Counted from the first letter of the stretch, positions 11,466 through 25,672 are shown. The stretch: DNA of 64,000 nucleotides from Macrostomum lignano (GCA_002269645.1 NIVC01000221.1:248001-312000); one strand, 5' to 3'. Program-made: numbers and translations. The notes: generated by a model from the sequence alone, not told the origin.

Positions 11466-12491
11466 CACCCTGGACACACCCCCGACTTGGGCGTATACTT
11501 GGCATCAACACAATGCCATCATAAGCAACACAGGAATATTCTGCCAGGTGGTACACTTAAATGATTCGAGGCTCAAATCCGACAACTCACAAGCGTCTGA
11601 GCGAGGAGCTGCATCGACTGCTCAGCGAGGCGGAATCCATACGAACTGTTGAACTTCCAGAACAAGCAAGAACTTCAGACTGGGTTTGAAGGTTCTGCTT
11701 TCTCTGCGACTCTCACGCATGATTTTCAACCCTAATATAAGCCAGCATATTTTGCAACACTACACAGCACACGAATGGTAGTACGAGTATAGATTAAAAT
11801 ACACTTACATTTATATTAAATATAGTTAGTTGTACACCTCGGGTGGCTTTAAAAATGAGTGTTAATAATTATAATTACTTTCTTCACTGATATTCCTTGT
11901 GGCGATCTTTAAATAAGGTAATTCCTTGTTGCGAATGGATTCCGGGTTTGAATGTATTTTTGAAAAACGATCCAAACTTGCATCGATGAAAATTATCCAA
12001 ACTCAAGATCATTTTTTTCGGCAAAAAATATAAAATCCAGTATAATTTTTGCAGAAAAATTGCTCGATAAATTATAAAAGCACAAATTTGCCTTATTTCG
12101 AATGCATTAGTCAGAACAAGGACATGTAAGATGTCGTGAAATTTGTGCTTAAAACGAGAATTTCCTATCTGACAAATGCATGTTGAAAACCGCCGTGAAA
12201 ACCGCGGCCTTTGAGCAGTAAAAAGCACCGTGAGACTAACTTGTCTGGCAGCGTCCACAACTCTTTTTTAGTGGTCCATGAGGGCAACACGGGCTTACAA
12301 GAGAGCCAGATGCAGCTGATTTCTCACTGGCTCAGGCCCCTAGAAACCAGACAGACATTCTCGAGTCGAGAAGACTCCAGATGCTGTTGCAATCAAAACA
12401 TAAGCCATACAGACAGGGTTCACAGCACAGAGCTAGAATATTCTGAAGAGTCAAAACTTCAAACACTGACCGCAAAGACCAGAGGCATCAA

Positions 12492-13480
12492 ATGTCTTCA
12501 AAAAGCTTTTCTGTCGGTTACTTGCTGATGTGGGCGGCGTTCGGAAGCTGCTTGACTTCTGTGCCGCCTCATCCGACGGCATTCCGCTACATCGGTTGCT
12601 ACGGGGCCTCCGCGGACCCCGACATGGCAGGTCTCGTTGGAGTCGCTACGCTCGGTCCGTATTCGACCTTTTCAGAAAAACCATTTCTTGTACGAGACTC
12701 TTCGATGACGCTGCAGATGTGCAGCCAGATCTGTGCTTATGGGAGATTTCGATACTTCGGTACGAGGTACCGTGCATACTGCTGCTGTGGCAACAGCTAC
12801 GGCTCGTTCGGTCCCGCCCCGGAGAGTGACTGCTCGCATAATTGCTACGGAAACTCATCCCAAATCTGCGGTGGAATTCAGAGGAACTCCGTCTACGAAA
12901 AAATTTATAATCATGGTGAGAGCATTATTCTGAACTTTTCTGAAGCGGATTTGGTTTCTTCTTGCCATGACGGGGAACAATAAGTTATAACGTCAAAAAC
13001 TGTCACCACGAAGCTAGATACCAGTGACAACTTAACCAATTCTCTAACTAACTAAAATTAACTAACTCAAATTAACTAACTCATTTTCTTTTTAAAACTC
13101 TGCTGCGAACACACTCTTGGATAATACAGACTGAATAATTCACAGAGATTTGCCCATATAAATACACTCCAAATATAGTATTTTTAGTTTTGAGGAAATT
13201 TTTTTCTAAATTCTGTTGTAACGCATCTTTTGTAGCTGGCCAAGCAGTGACCAAGCTGCCAGCTTCTGCCATGCCGAGCATCTCAGCTTCACTGAGCTCC
13301 ATCACCCACAGCAGCGTCTCTGCCAAGAGCGCCGTCCAGTGCGCTGCCGCCTGCCAGCGAAGCCCGGACTGTCAGGACTGCGCCTTCGTGCCTTCGAGCC
13401 GCATGTGTCGCCTGCTGAGATTCGCCGCTGTGCCTGCTGAGGTGGCCAGCGAGACTGAGTGGGTCTGGATGAGGCTGTGA
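12492..13480 (+). CDS. WSC-PAN secreted protein, subtype C copy 1 (C1), 222 aa
   Basis: Exons 12492-12915 and 13236-13480 (GTGAGA...TTGTAG, phase 1, 669 nt). Hydrophobic leader, WSC Cys pattern intact (but GCYGA instead of GCFVD), PAN-like exon 2. Confidence 0.87.
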
Positions 13481-13856
13481 GGCTGAGTAGGTCTGGATGA
13501 AGCTGTGAGGCTGAGTGGGTCTGGATGAAGCTGTGAGGCTGAGTGGGTCTGGATGAAGCTGTGAGGCTGAGTAGGTCTGGATGAAGCTGTGAGGCTGAGT
13601 AGGTCTGGATGAAGCTGTGAGGCTGAGTGGGTCTGGATGAAGCTATGAGGCTGAGTAGGTCTGGATGAAGCTATGAGGCTGATTATGTCTGGATGAAGTT
13701 ATGAGGCTGAGTAGGTCTGGATGAAGCTGAGGCTGATTATGTCTGGATGAAGTTATGAGGCTGAGTAGGTCTGGATGAAGCTGTGAGGCCGAGTGGTTCT
13801 GGATGAAGCTGTGAGGCTGAGTGGGTCTGGATGAAGCTATGAGGCTGAGCTGGTCT
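13451..13856 (+). repeat. 28-bp minisatellite, ~14-15 units, overlapping the C1 stop
   Basis: Same unit as 5877-6240, with variants GAGTAGG, GATTATG and AAGCTAT. Confidence 0.95.
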
Positions 13857-14482
13857 GCACTGGCAAGCACTGAGAATAATTCTGAGTAATAATCGTAGCA
13901 GGCTAACAAAAATACACGAGAATCATATTTTGGCAGTGCTTTGAGTGTTTATGAGTGTTTCTAATATCAACTGCAAATCTGAAACTTTAAGCCAGGGTCT
14001 CTTAATTTATTGAGTCGACAAATTGAGAGCCGTTCTGAGACACCTGGACCCAGACAGTGTTGAGTTGACGGGTGTTCATCAGACGCCAATGCAGGACGAA
14101 ACGACAGGCCAGATCCAGTGATTGTGCAGCTTCGAGCGCAGTTGAAGAGAGCCACGGGCCCGATGTGTCAATTGATGACAGCCCGATGGTGATTGTATCT
14201 CAGGAATTTGTTCAAAAGCAGTCTGGTGAAAGAGAGAGAAAGAAAAGATAATTGTTTAGGTTCCGATGGAGGGAAGCGAGCTCTTGTCAGCATAAGAGGC
14301 TCAAGTACAAATTTTGTGGTTCTCAAGAAATTAAATATATATTTCCTTACTATTTGTGAATGACTGTTTATTTATTTCCAGAAGCCTGGTAGATTCAAAT
14401 TTGGATTTTCTTTGATTCTTTTTGCCCTTCTGCCGCGCGCCTCTGACTGTTAGTTCTCACGTTTACTTGGCACCATAGTTAA

Positions 14483-16945
14483 CCTTTTCAAGCCGGAATT
14501 CCTAAATAGAAAGCTCCGTTCCTGCCGGCATGGTCAGCAGAGCTGACCATAGACTATTTCAAGTTTTCAGTGAACTGAATTGCACTGCCACTCCTGCCGA
14601 TAAGCCAGCCATCGCTGGTCTAATCTAGGGTTGAAGGAGAATGTACATTTGGAATGGGTTGCACACACGCTTATCAAAACTGTACAAGACTGGCCATAGA
14701 CAGTCCAGTTTTAGTATATTAAGGGCTGTGCCAAATTCTGTACAATTCTATTCATGTAATTCAAATCAATCCAAATATGGATATTCTGTTGACTTCCGAC
14801 TCCGAAAGTGACGCTGGAATAGCGGAGAACTCCGAGTCGTCTGAGTCGGTCACTATCAGCGAAGTAGAAGACGATTGGCAGTTTGTGGAGCCAGGCGAAG
14901 ACATTGTTGAAGACGGCCCCAGTTTCACTGGAATTTCGGGTGTAAACCCCAGCATTGTCCTTCCCGAAGACCGTGAAGACATCCAATATTTTCTACGACT
15001 GTTTCTAACCGATGAGCTGCTGGATAAGATCGTGGAGTGGACAAAAGCAAAAGCTTGGGCTGAGTATGAGCAGGCGACACATGATGGAGAAGATGTTTCG
15101 AGCTTGCTGAAGTCATGGAAGGACACAAACCGCAGTGAGATATCCAAGCTGTTGGGTATGTACCTGTTCATGGGCATCTCACGGAAGCCGGAACTGCATG
15201 ATTACTGGAGCACCAGTGTCATTCACAGTACTCCGTTTTTTCAATCGCCCAATGGCTTGACCCGTGACCGATTCAAGCAGCTGCTGGCCTTCCTTCGTTT
15301 CTACGATGCACGAGCACCCGCCTCGAACGACCCACTGCACAAGATTCGGCCGCTGCTCCGTCTGGCTCAGCAGCTCTGCGCGAACGTGTACCAGCCGGAG
15401 CAGCAGGTCAGCGTCGACGAGTCCCTGATTCTGTACAAGGGGCGCCTTCAGTTTAGGCAGTACATCCCATCGAAGAGAGCCAGAGTTGGAATTAAAATGT
15501 ACTGCGCCTGTGAGTCTGCATCTGGCTACCTGTATAACTTTCTAGTACATTCGACTGCTGAAGAGAACTCTCATTTTGGCGACGACCTCGGTTGTGACCA
15601 GCTGTCTCTAAGCGAGAAAATCGTAGTGCACCTTTGCAAGGACCTGCTCGGTTTCGGCTATCACCTTTTCGTCGACAAGTGGTTTGCCTCAGTACGGCTT
15701 GCGACTTTTCTGTACGAACGCAGCACACTGCTGACAGCAACTGTTCGAGCCGACCGTGGAGTGCCGTTGGCATTGCGCAGTCAGCAGGTGCCGTTGAATG
15801 ACGTAGTTTTCATGAGGAAGCTGCCAGTGCTGGCCATGAAAATCCTGGAGCGCAAAGAAAGCGGCTTGAAAACATTCTTCATGATCGACACCCACGGCTC
15901 AGCTCAGAAAGTAGCGACGAACCGAATTCGCAAGAATGGTGAAGCTGTGCAAGTGCAGAAAAGCGCCTCGAACCTGCTGTACAACCGCTGCATGGGAGGC
16001 GTTGACCGACTCGATGCCATGCTGAAACCGTACGACAGCTGCCGCAAAACCTACAAGTGGTTTCATAAGTTGGGGTTTCATCTCTGCCTGCTGCTTCTAC
16101 ACAATGCATGGGTTGTATACTCAAAGCACGGTGGCCGGCTGCAGTTCTTCAAATTCCTGGAGAGCTGTATCACCCTACTGGTTGACTCCACGGGACCAGG
16201 AAGACAGCGAACGGCAGCTAGGCAACCAGCGGCGGCCGCAGCTCAGCAGCACTTTCCATCAAAGCTGCCTCCGAGGGAATCGTGCCCGAGGCCGGTGAAG
16301 CGATGCCGCGTGTGCTACCGCAACGGCACTGCGAAGCGCACCGTGTTCTGCTGCAGTGCGTGTCCGAATGCACCTGGACTGTGCCCAAGTCCCTGCTTTG
16401 AACGGTGGCATGTGAATCACTGAATTAAAGAACTCCTTTCACCAGCCGTACTATATAATTCGCGTTTGTATTCGGCATTGACTATTAATTTTTTACCTTT
16501 ATGTTAAGACAAAAATAATTAAATGTCCAACTGCGGCACTCTACCACAATATTGTTCCCTGTATTATTATATGCTACTATACGAGCGTACATGTAGTTGC
16601 GTCTCAAAATCATAAATTTTTGTTGCTTTTGGACAAATATCTTCTTTTGCTTGAACTTTAACTTTAACTTTCCCTTTAACTTTATAGTTCGAAATTAATT
16701 CAACAATAAACTGCATATTTCTTCTGTGCCATTGTTAGTACATGAAAGTTGCTCTAGTGGTCGCTACAGAGTGCTACAGACTGAGTGAGTGCGCTATTTA
16801 TTCCATGGTCAGCTCAGCTGACCATGTTCGGCAGGAAAGGAGCTGCAATTCTGCGCCTCACTGGCCATAGACTACCAATTTTTTTTCTCGTCACCTTCTA
16901 TTCTATGGCTATGGTCAGCTCTGCTAGCCACCCGGCATCTAAGGG
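14483..16945 (+). mobile_element. Full-length piggyBac DNA transposon (2463 bp)
   Basis: TTAA at 14479-14482 and 16946-16949; imperfect 14-bp TIRs CCTTTTCAAGCCGG / CCCTTAGATGCCGG (10/14); subterminal palindromes ATGGTCAGC..GCTGACCAT (~14530, ~16804); inverted TGG..AGCAGAGCTGACCATAG at both ends. Confidence 0.93.
14777..16423 (+). CDS. piggyBac transposase (PGBD4-like), 548 aa, uninterrupted
   Basis: Acidic N-terminus; catalytic motifs VSVDESL, FVDKWF and MGGVDRLD; QYIPSKRARVGIK; C-terminal Cys-rich domain CRVC...CCSAC...LC..PCFERWH. Confidence 0.95.
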   Translation: MDILLTSDSESDAGIAENSESSESVTISEVEDDWQFVEPGEDIVEDGPSFTGISGVNPSIVLPEDREDIQYFLRLFLTDELLDKIVEWTKAKAWAEYEQATHDGEDVSSLLKSWKDTNRSEISKLLGMYLFMGISRKPELHDYWSTSVIHSTPFFQSPNGLTRDRFKQLLAFLRFYDARAPASNDPLHKIRPLLRLAQQLCANVYQPEQQVSVDESLILYKGRLQFRQYIPSKRARVGIKMYCACESASGYLYNFLVHSTAEENSHFGDDLGCDQLSLSEKIVVHLCKDLLGFGYHLFVDKWFASVRLATFLYERSTLLTATVRADRGVPLALRSQQVPLNDVVFMRKLPVLAMKILERKESGLKTFFMIDTHGSAQKVATNRIRKNGEAVQVQKSASNLLYNRCMGGVDRLDAMLKPYDSCRKTYKWFHKLGFHLCLLLLHNAWVVYSKHGGRLQFFKFLESCITLLVDSTGPGRQRTAARQPAAAAAQQHFPSKLPPRESCPRPVKRCRVCYRNGTAKRTVFCCSACPNAPGLCPSPCFERWHVNH

Positions 16946-17224
16946 TTAATAATAGTCTCAGATTGTATCTTTGGCATGTGCAGCTAATTGGCACTGCTGT
17001 ACTTACGAGCGTACTACTACTATCTTTATTATTAGTATTGTTATCATTATATTTGTTAGATTGGGTAAACGCTCAGCACACGCATTGTACCGTCAATTAT
17101 TTTTAATAACAGATTTGAACTTCTGGGTCAGAGAAAACCTAAGTCAGAGTCTTTAGTTTTACATGGTCCTCAGGCCTGAATTCCTCGATTACGACACTAC
17201 ATTTGTATTCACGCTGTACCAGGA

Positions 17225-18370
17225 TTAATATAAACTGTTAATAGCAGGACTGCAGAACAAACTAAACAAGGAAGATATTATTCAGTGCTTTAAACGTTAA
17301 AAAGACCTCAACAGCAATCCCGAAGTTGTTGCCACTGAATACGCAAAACACATCCCAGACAATGAAAAGTGGCAAAGCATTAAAGTTTTCACTTACGGAG
17401 ATCCAAAGATTGATCCTAAAACTAAAATCTTACCACAACCCGATGAACTAGAAAAGGGAGAAAGCACCCGATTGTCTTTAATGACTGCAGGACTGATCCT
17501 CAAAAAAAATCGAAACTTATTTTGCCCGAGTTAGGGACAATCATTGCAGCGTTACAAGCCTATCAGTTTGTCATGATTAGCAAGAAAAAAAGAATTTTAA
17601 TTTAATTTTTCATCATTAAAACTTTTTAGTAAATTGCGCAGGCGAGTCTGTAAGGTTTGACGAAAATGAAGAGCAATTTAAAAGCGGTGGTTCGTTTGGT
17701 TTTTATTGGCATATTAGGGAGGAAGTAAGGAAATGGGAAAAAGTGAAGAGTTGGCGATGCGCCTGCCGTATTTTTTATAGATATGATTTTCTTTTTCCGA
17801 AAAGTTCTAAAAATATTTCTTACAATATAACAAATCTAAAGTGCAGATAAATTACACTTACATATCTTAAAATGGACGCTAAAAATTCTCTTTATGATTC
17901 GAAAGCTGCTGCAGCTCCTCCCAAAGCACCTCCCACAACACCTAGTGAACCTCAACATGAGCAACAGAAACTTTACCCTGTCCTTGCTTGTAACTCTCAA
18001 CAATTCCGATTGGTTAAGATTAAAAAATGCGAGATAACATTGAAAATAATATTAGGCACAAGCACAACACAAAAACCTTAAACGTTACAATAGACACTTC
18101 AGATATTTTGAGTACAGCAATATTGCTTTGCGTCCGTTCTAAAAGGTTCTGCAGCTGCCGCCTCAGTGTTGCTGGCCACCACAATCCCAATTGCCATCCC
18201 ACTTGGCTCCTTTGGATGCTGTATGTATGCGGTCTTATTTCAGCAATTACTGGAGCGCTGACGCGTCACCGGCGAAAGAAACTTAAAAAACTACAGGAGA
18301 AGCAAATAAATGAGAAAGGGCTCACCTCGACGGCTATGAGGAAAGCTAAATTTCTCCTTGATGTTGTCAT
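17225..18370 (+). mobile_element. Decayed coding fragments, possibly Polinton/Maverick-derived
   Basis: Broken ORF at ~17230-17480 and frameshifted ORF pair 17872-18081 / 18027-18407 with LYPVL..QQFRLVKI, a hydrophobic central segment and a basic K-rich tail. The resemblance to a Polinton small ORF is from memory only. Confidence 0.3.
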
Positions 18371-21031
18371 ACTACAGACAGCTGGAAATACAGATATCAG
18401 AAGATAACGTAAGAGACCCAGAGCTGTGACTGAAATTTTGGACAGCAGTAAAATCAGCGAAATCTAGTTGAGAGCGTATGTGTTGAGGACTAACTTGTTT
18501 TGTGAGGAGTGAACCAACTACTAGTGAAAATGTCTACTCAGCAAGATGAAAAAGTCACCGCTCTATGCGCCAGTGAGCAATTTCTCTTTGGCTATTCTAA
18601 AAAAGAAGATGCGAAAAAACTGATCCAGGTTATAAAATGATTTTCGCAGGTAAAAAAATCATTCAGTCAATACTATGAATGTCTGAGTTAGCAACTATTG
18701 AAGTTCAGGAAACTGGGAGGCTAGACATCTGACTGGTGACAGGGAATTTACGGAAACCGGAAGCAACCTGCGAGATACTCTCATCTGTAGCAGATTCGCT
18801 GCTGAGCAGAAAAACTGTAGCAATTCCCTGAAGCCTCTTGTGAGCGCATGCAAAAAGCCGAGAAGAAATTCAAGCCGTCTCCGGGCGAATCCACCAGCAG
18901 GAAGGTGAAAACAGGCTGGAAAAACAAAGCTGTGAGACAAATGCTCCCAGATTTCTCTAAAAACTCGCTGCTAAAGAAGCAAGTCAAGAGCAATGAGTGG
19001 GCGAGGCGAGACGAAAAGTGCCAAGTGCACTGACAAACAACGTGATGATTAATTGTAAGCAAGGTCCAATTGCAGTCACTGCAAACCCAAGGGCAAAAGC
19101 GCCATCAGATCAGAGACGTGCAAGGAGCGCGAGAAATAGACACTAAGCACATGAACGGAGTTCAAATCGCGAACAATAAATACTACATGGATTAACCCCA
19201 CACACGACACCCAACACTCGCGAGTTTGAGACAAGTTTCTAAATGTATTTTGGAATGCAATATTCACCTCGAATGAGTCAGATAAAGTAGTGTGGTTCAG
19301 AAAAGACAGGTTAGTCTTTCGTTGGTTTTTACTGCTCAAACCAGCTTATCCAGTGTTGCCAGTGTTTTATTTCGATTGGCTCAATACAGAGGACCTTCAA
19401 AACCTGCACAGCAGGAAACGATGTTGACTGTATTACTTGCAAGTTCTAACGATCTGGATTTCCATTATTTTCCTTTTCCACCCCTTTCTGTCTGCAAAAT
19501 ATCGGTAGCCTTTTGTTGTCGCTCATACATCGCTTATACACCTAGTGGCTCTGACCAAGAAAGTGCCAAGAAATATAAAATTTAATTGTCAGAGAATAGG
19601 CCATGAAATAGTTTGTTTTCATAACCTCGCCATTTTGTCATTGTCCTTGATTACCATCAGACTAGACGCATCTCCAAGAGTCCAAAGCTGTTTTCTTGAC
19701 TTCGTGTCAGGCAGTAAAGAAGACGCTCATGCCCCAGTCGACTTTTTTTCTCTTGATCGCTGGTGCGCTCGTCAACATCCCTCAATCGATCGCTTTATCC
19801 GTCATCATCTTGAATCAGTCTCCTCCAAGCTCATCCAATAGAATCTGTTCCACCTCATGAGAAGATAATGGTCAGCTTGTTCAAGTTGTTCCACTCTAAA
19901 TGCAAGAGACTGGTCCAGAGGACTGTCTTCCATTTTCAATTCAATGGTGATAAATTCGTGTGTGTCCAAAATTTTGCGTGAGACTGCATGGTAATCTGTA
20001 GTCTAAAAAGAGGCTACGAAATTCGGCTGCTCGGAGCATTTGACTCCACATCGATCAAGTACGTGAAAAGTACAATGCCTTACAAGCTTGCATGTGTATA
20101 AAAGTTTTGATACTTTAGTGGCTTGCTCTGCGCTTTTTATGCCAGCGGGCACCAACAAACTAAAATCCTGATTTAGGTGTATCTTTGGCATCGACACACT
20201 GCCATCCTAAACAGTAGTAATGTCAGGCGACTCACTGATAGACAGGCGCCTGAGCAAGGAGCTGCATCGACTGCTCAGCGAGGCAAAATTCAATCGATAA
20301 TATTAACCTTCTAGCATAGAATGGGTGTGGAGGTTCTGCCTTCTCTGTGACTCTCCGCCTCGCTTCACACTGCTCCCAGAGTTCACACATGGCTCTGTTC
20401 CCATTTCGTCTATTGAAGCTTCTCTCCTCTCAACTGTACATGGAAGAACCTGGGAGACGAGGAGCGCAGGCTTTGGGCTAGTGCTAGGCTGCAGCGAGAC
20501 ATTGTCGACTTACAGTTTACAGCAGTTTACTACACTTTAACAGTTACATGTTAGATAGTAAACCAGAGATACCACTAAAACATGTACTTCAACTTTAAAA
20601 CCCTCAGTTGCTCTCGGTGCCAATAAGGTTGTATTCTTTACTATTGCAAAATATATACTAGCATATGCATGCAAAGTAATCACGGAAGCTATTCGCTTAT
20701 AACTTGAACGGGATTCAGGGCTGAGAGCAAAATAAAAAAATGCTTTTTTAACATACGATCTCTTTGATCTCGGCCTGGCTCTTTTGCCCAGCGTCGTTGA
20801 CAGGTGATTCCGTTCTTTGCTGCCTGTTTGAAAGCTCGTGTATCGAGCTTTTTGGTTACTTAGAGTTCAAACGCACAGTTTGTACTTAAAGTAGCATATC
20901 AGTTATCTACACGGATCTTAGCTCAAAGTGCAGTGATACATGTAGATCTGCAAATAACCAATCAGAGTAGCCCAATGCAAAACTATATGAAGCTTTGCAG
21001 AAGAAAGCGGCCCGGATATACAACTTTAAAC

Positions 21032-21764
21032 ATGTTCTACAGACAGTCAATCGTTCTGGTCGCTGTGTGCACCTTCTGGGTCCTCGCCGCTGGCAGGGTG
21101 ATCCAGTTCTCTTACGTTGGCTGTTTTCAAGACGAAGGAAGCAACAGAGACTTGAACGGATTTGCGGATGTCACAAACGTTGGTGGGTACGGAAACACTG
21201 TATATTCGGCCATCCGTAACAGCGGGATGACCCACGAAATGTGCGGTAGCATTTGCTCGTTGGGCGGATTCCTGTTTTTCGGGGTGCAGCACCAACGGTA
21301 CTGCTACTGCGGCTCATCCTATGGCTCAGTCGGATCAGTCGCTGACAGCCTCTGCAACACTGCGTGCTCTGGAAACTCCAGTCAAAAGTGTGGAGGCAGT
21401 TACAAAAACTCTGTTTTCGCTTTGACCTACCCGAGTGAGTGTTAATACTAAAAGTGCAAACTGTTAGCGACCAATGAATCAAAGCGGGCATATTCCCTGA
21501 ATTCTCTGATTTGATTTCGCACTTTCAGCTAGCAAATGTTTTCAACAGACTGATAGGCCAACCCTGACAGTGACTGCCTCGCGACGGATCCACTGGACCC
21601 GCCCTGCCGGAATCGATGTCACCTGCGTGATGCTGTGTGAAGCCTCAGCCGACTGCCAGGCTGTGATTTTCTCTGGCCAGCAGCGCCTGTGCCACCTGCT
21701 GAGGTTCGCCTATCCGCCTGCCAACCTGAGCAGCATCGATGGGGTGTACTTTGTTCGCGGCTGA
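21032..21764 (+). CDS. WSC-PAN secreted protein, subtype A copy 2 (A2), 212 aa
   Basis: Exons 21032-21434 and 21529-21764 (94-nt GTGAGT...TTTCAG intron, 639 nt in frame). Leader MFYRQSIVLVAVCTFWVLAAG, full WSC Cys set, exon 2 CVMLCEASADCQAVIF..LCHL. Confidence 0.9.
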
Positions 21765-22509
21765 GACTTGAAATGAGAAGATCGATTTATTTAGTAGAAG
21801 ATAAGACGCAAATTAAAATCCTACAAATTTGCATGCTTCGATAATGATTTTCACAATCAAACCTATATTTTTCTCAACAAAGCAAACTTAGCAACAGCTA
21901 ATCCCCCTATTAACTCACGCTGGAACACGGCTTAAGAGTTTTGCATGCCATCGGGGTAAACCAATGGTAAAGCCATCAAGCATGTCTGGGACTTAGTAAT
22001 GCGAAGATGTCAGTAGGGTGTCCAGCAGAATGCTGAACAGATTTGCGTCTGCCGGTTCTGAATGCCTGGCAGCAGTTGTCTCAAGCGTTCATCAACGGGC
22101 TGGTGAATCAGCTGATACCACGACGAGTAACGGCACTTTAGCGTGCTCGTGCATGGTTCCTGGATACGCTACAGAAACTGGAATTAAAGATACTGCCACG
22201 TGACAGCGTCAATTTTGGGGGCGGGCGATTAGCTGTTTCTGAGTGTGTTAAACCGACAGCTAAAAATTGTTAAATTTTTGTTTCCTATAAGTCCTGAACT
22301 TGTTGTTTTCCATGTTCAACTGGTCTTAGAAATATTTTCTGATACGATCCGTATCTTTGAGAGGTTCTTCTCAGAAATACACGTGTTTCTTTCTACGCTT
22401 ATTAGCTTTCTGCTGTGGGCACTACATATTCTTTTATTCTAACAGGCTTGCAATAGAGGCTTAGCTACAATTGTGATTCACACTATCAGCTGTAAACACC
22501 ATTCTGAAG

Positions 22510-22970
22510 AAATTCACCATTTCGGCTGCCTTCACGTGCTTGACGTCGTGAATTATACCTTGCTGATGACGTCTGTTCCTCTCTCCGCTGTCTCCAAGAG
22601 GACCGCGATCTTTTGGATGCTGCTCAGAGAGTCGTCTGGAGCGGGCGTCTTTGAATCTGTGAATTACGGAGTCCAGTCACCAGCTTGTCCCTCAGTGCTT
22701 CATCCAGGAATATATTTTCTCAGTTGTTCCAGATAATTGCTGATGCTCTCGCCCTCGTGCTGACTGCGCCGGTAGAAATTGAACCTTCCTCACCACCTTT
22801 CAAAGCTTGGGGTTAAAGTGCTCCCGGAGAGTCTTGATGATGTCAAGAGGTCTCCTTCGGCTTCTTTGGGGCCAACAGATCTCGCAACATCGTCACCATT
22901 GTAACGTTCGAGGTCCCGGCAGGTCTAATTTAAAGAGCCGCTGCTGCGAGCACATTATGGATACTTTGCT
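22510..22970 (-). mobile_element. gag: Degenerate Gypsy gag fragment (duplicate of 3770-4370)
   Basis: Colinear with ~3920-4370 at high identity. Confidence 0.65.
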
Positions 22971-23149
22971 CCCGGCCGAGTCTTGCTTCCTCTGCTCGAC
23001 TCTAGACTCTGTGGGACCGCTCATGCACATCAAGGTGAGACCTCAGCCAATCCATGCACAGCATTGGTGGTCCATTTTACCATTGGCTTCTTCTAGCAAA
23101 TATAGTGCTTAACTTTTTTACCTGAATCAGAAGAAGCGTCTCAGAAACT

Positions 23150-23447
23150 GCCGTTCGGTTCCGGATGCTGCGTTGCTGCTGCAGTGCCGCCTCAACCGTT
23201 GGAGTTTCGCCACCTCGGCTGCTACGTGGATGGCGCTGTTGGCAACCGAGATCTTGCAGGACTGGAGGGAGTCAAAAAGTTCGGACAGTTTGAGACTCAC
23301 GCTGGTATCCCAGCATTCGGTTTCGACTTCGCCAAGATGACACTGCAACTGTGCAGCCAGATGTGCTCTTACGGCCGATTTCGCTACTTTGGAGTTCAGT
23401 CTGCGGCCTACTGCTGCTGCGGCTCGGCCTACGGATCGGATCGCACG
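23150..23447 (+). pseudogene. Subtype B fragment (B2): no start codon or signal peptide, truncated at the microsatellite
   Basis: Versus B1, a 64-nt deletion (equivalent to 5048-5111, TCGG microhomology) removes the ATG and leader; a GGATC duplication follows, then the exon is cut at 23447. Confidence 0.88.
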
Positions 23448-24551
<1,104 letters not shown>

Positions 24552-24790
24552 TGAACTTTTTGAAGACAGTATCAGAAATTTTTCAGATATATTCTTGTCT
24601 TGCTACTCATCAGTGGTCGATATCTTTTTCCTATTAGGGTGAAACCTCAGCCAATCCTAGCTCAGCATTGGTGGTCAATTCTCCATTGGCTTCTTCCAGC
24701 AAATATACTACCTACCTAAATTTCTTACCAGAACCAGAAGAAGGGTCCTCAGAAACTGTAGTTCGGCCACTCTCTAGTTTTTTTTTCCCA

Positions 24791-25672
24791 ATGCTGAAAC
24801 TCTGCGCTCTGCTGCTCTGCTGGGCAGCCGGTTCCGGACGCTTCGCCGCTGTTTCCGTGCCGCCTCAACCGTTGGAGTTTCGCCACCTCGGCTGCTACGT
24901 GGATGGCGCTGATGGCAACCGAGATCTTGTAGGACTGGAGGGAGTCAAAAAGTTCGGACAGTTTGAGACTCACCCTGGTTTCCCAGCATTTGTCTACGAT
25001 GGCGCCAAGATGACACTGCAACTGTGCAGCCACATGTGCTCTTACGGCCGATTTCGCTACTTTGGAGTTCAGCTCCACAGCTTCTGCTGCTGCGGCTCGG
25101 CCTACGGATCGCACGGCATCGCACCGGCTGGCGACTGCAGCAGAGCTTGCAGCGGGAACTCGTCTCAAATTTGCGGTGGAGCTTACAGAAATTCTATCTA
25201 CGAATTGACTTACTCACCAAGTAAGCGTTCCGGATTAACGCAGCTTGTACAAGTGTAAACACAGGTTGCGTAAATTTAGCGAAGGACGACCTAAAAACAC
25301 TGAACTCTTTTTTCATTAAAATCAGTTCTCATTGGGAGATTTTACAAGCAATATTCGAATTGATTTGACCGATAAAAATATTAACAATAATATTGGCATG
25401 CCATATTTTCAACCAACCCTTCTGCAGTCAATCCGGTGATGCCGAAACTGCCCGTGACGTCTCTGCTGAACATCACAGCCTCCGCGAGCTCCATCACTCA
25501 CCGCAGCATTGCAGCCAGCAGTGCAGTTGAATGCGCCACCATCTGCTACGGCAGCCCGGACTGTCAGGGCTGCGCCTTCGTGCCTTCGAGCCGCATGTGC
25601 CGCCTGCTGAGATTCGCCGCTGTGGCCGCTGAGGTGGCCAGCGAGGCCGAGTGGGTCTGGATGAAGCTGTGA
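24791..25672 (+). CDS. WSC-PAN secreted protein, subtype B copy 3 (B3), 224 aa
   Basis: Exons 24791-25220 and 25428-25672 (GTAAGC...CTGCAG, 675 nt in frame); all WSC and PAN Cys present. Confidence 0.88.

Noticed and set aside
14030-14110. Hammerhead-like words (AGGACGAAAC on +, CTGATGA on -)
   Set aside because: The two core halves are on opposite strands; neither strand has CUGANGA-stem II-GAAA.
21435-21445. WSC-only isoforms by intron retention (ORFs run a few codons into each intron)
   Set aside because: Expected from ORF calling across donors; no sequence evidence of regulated retention.
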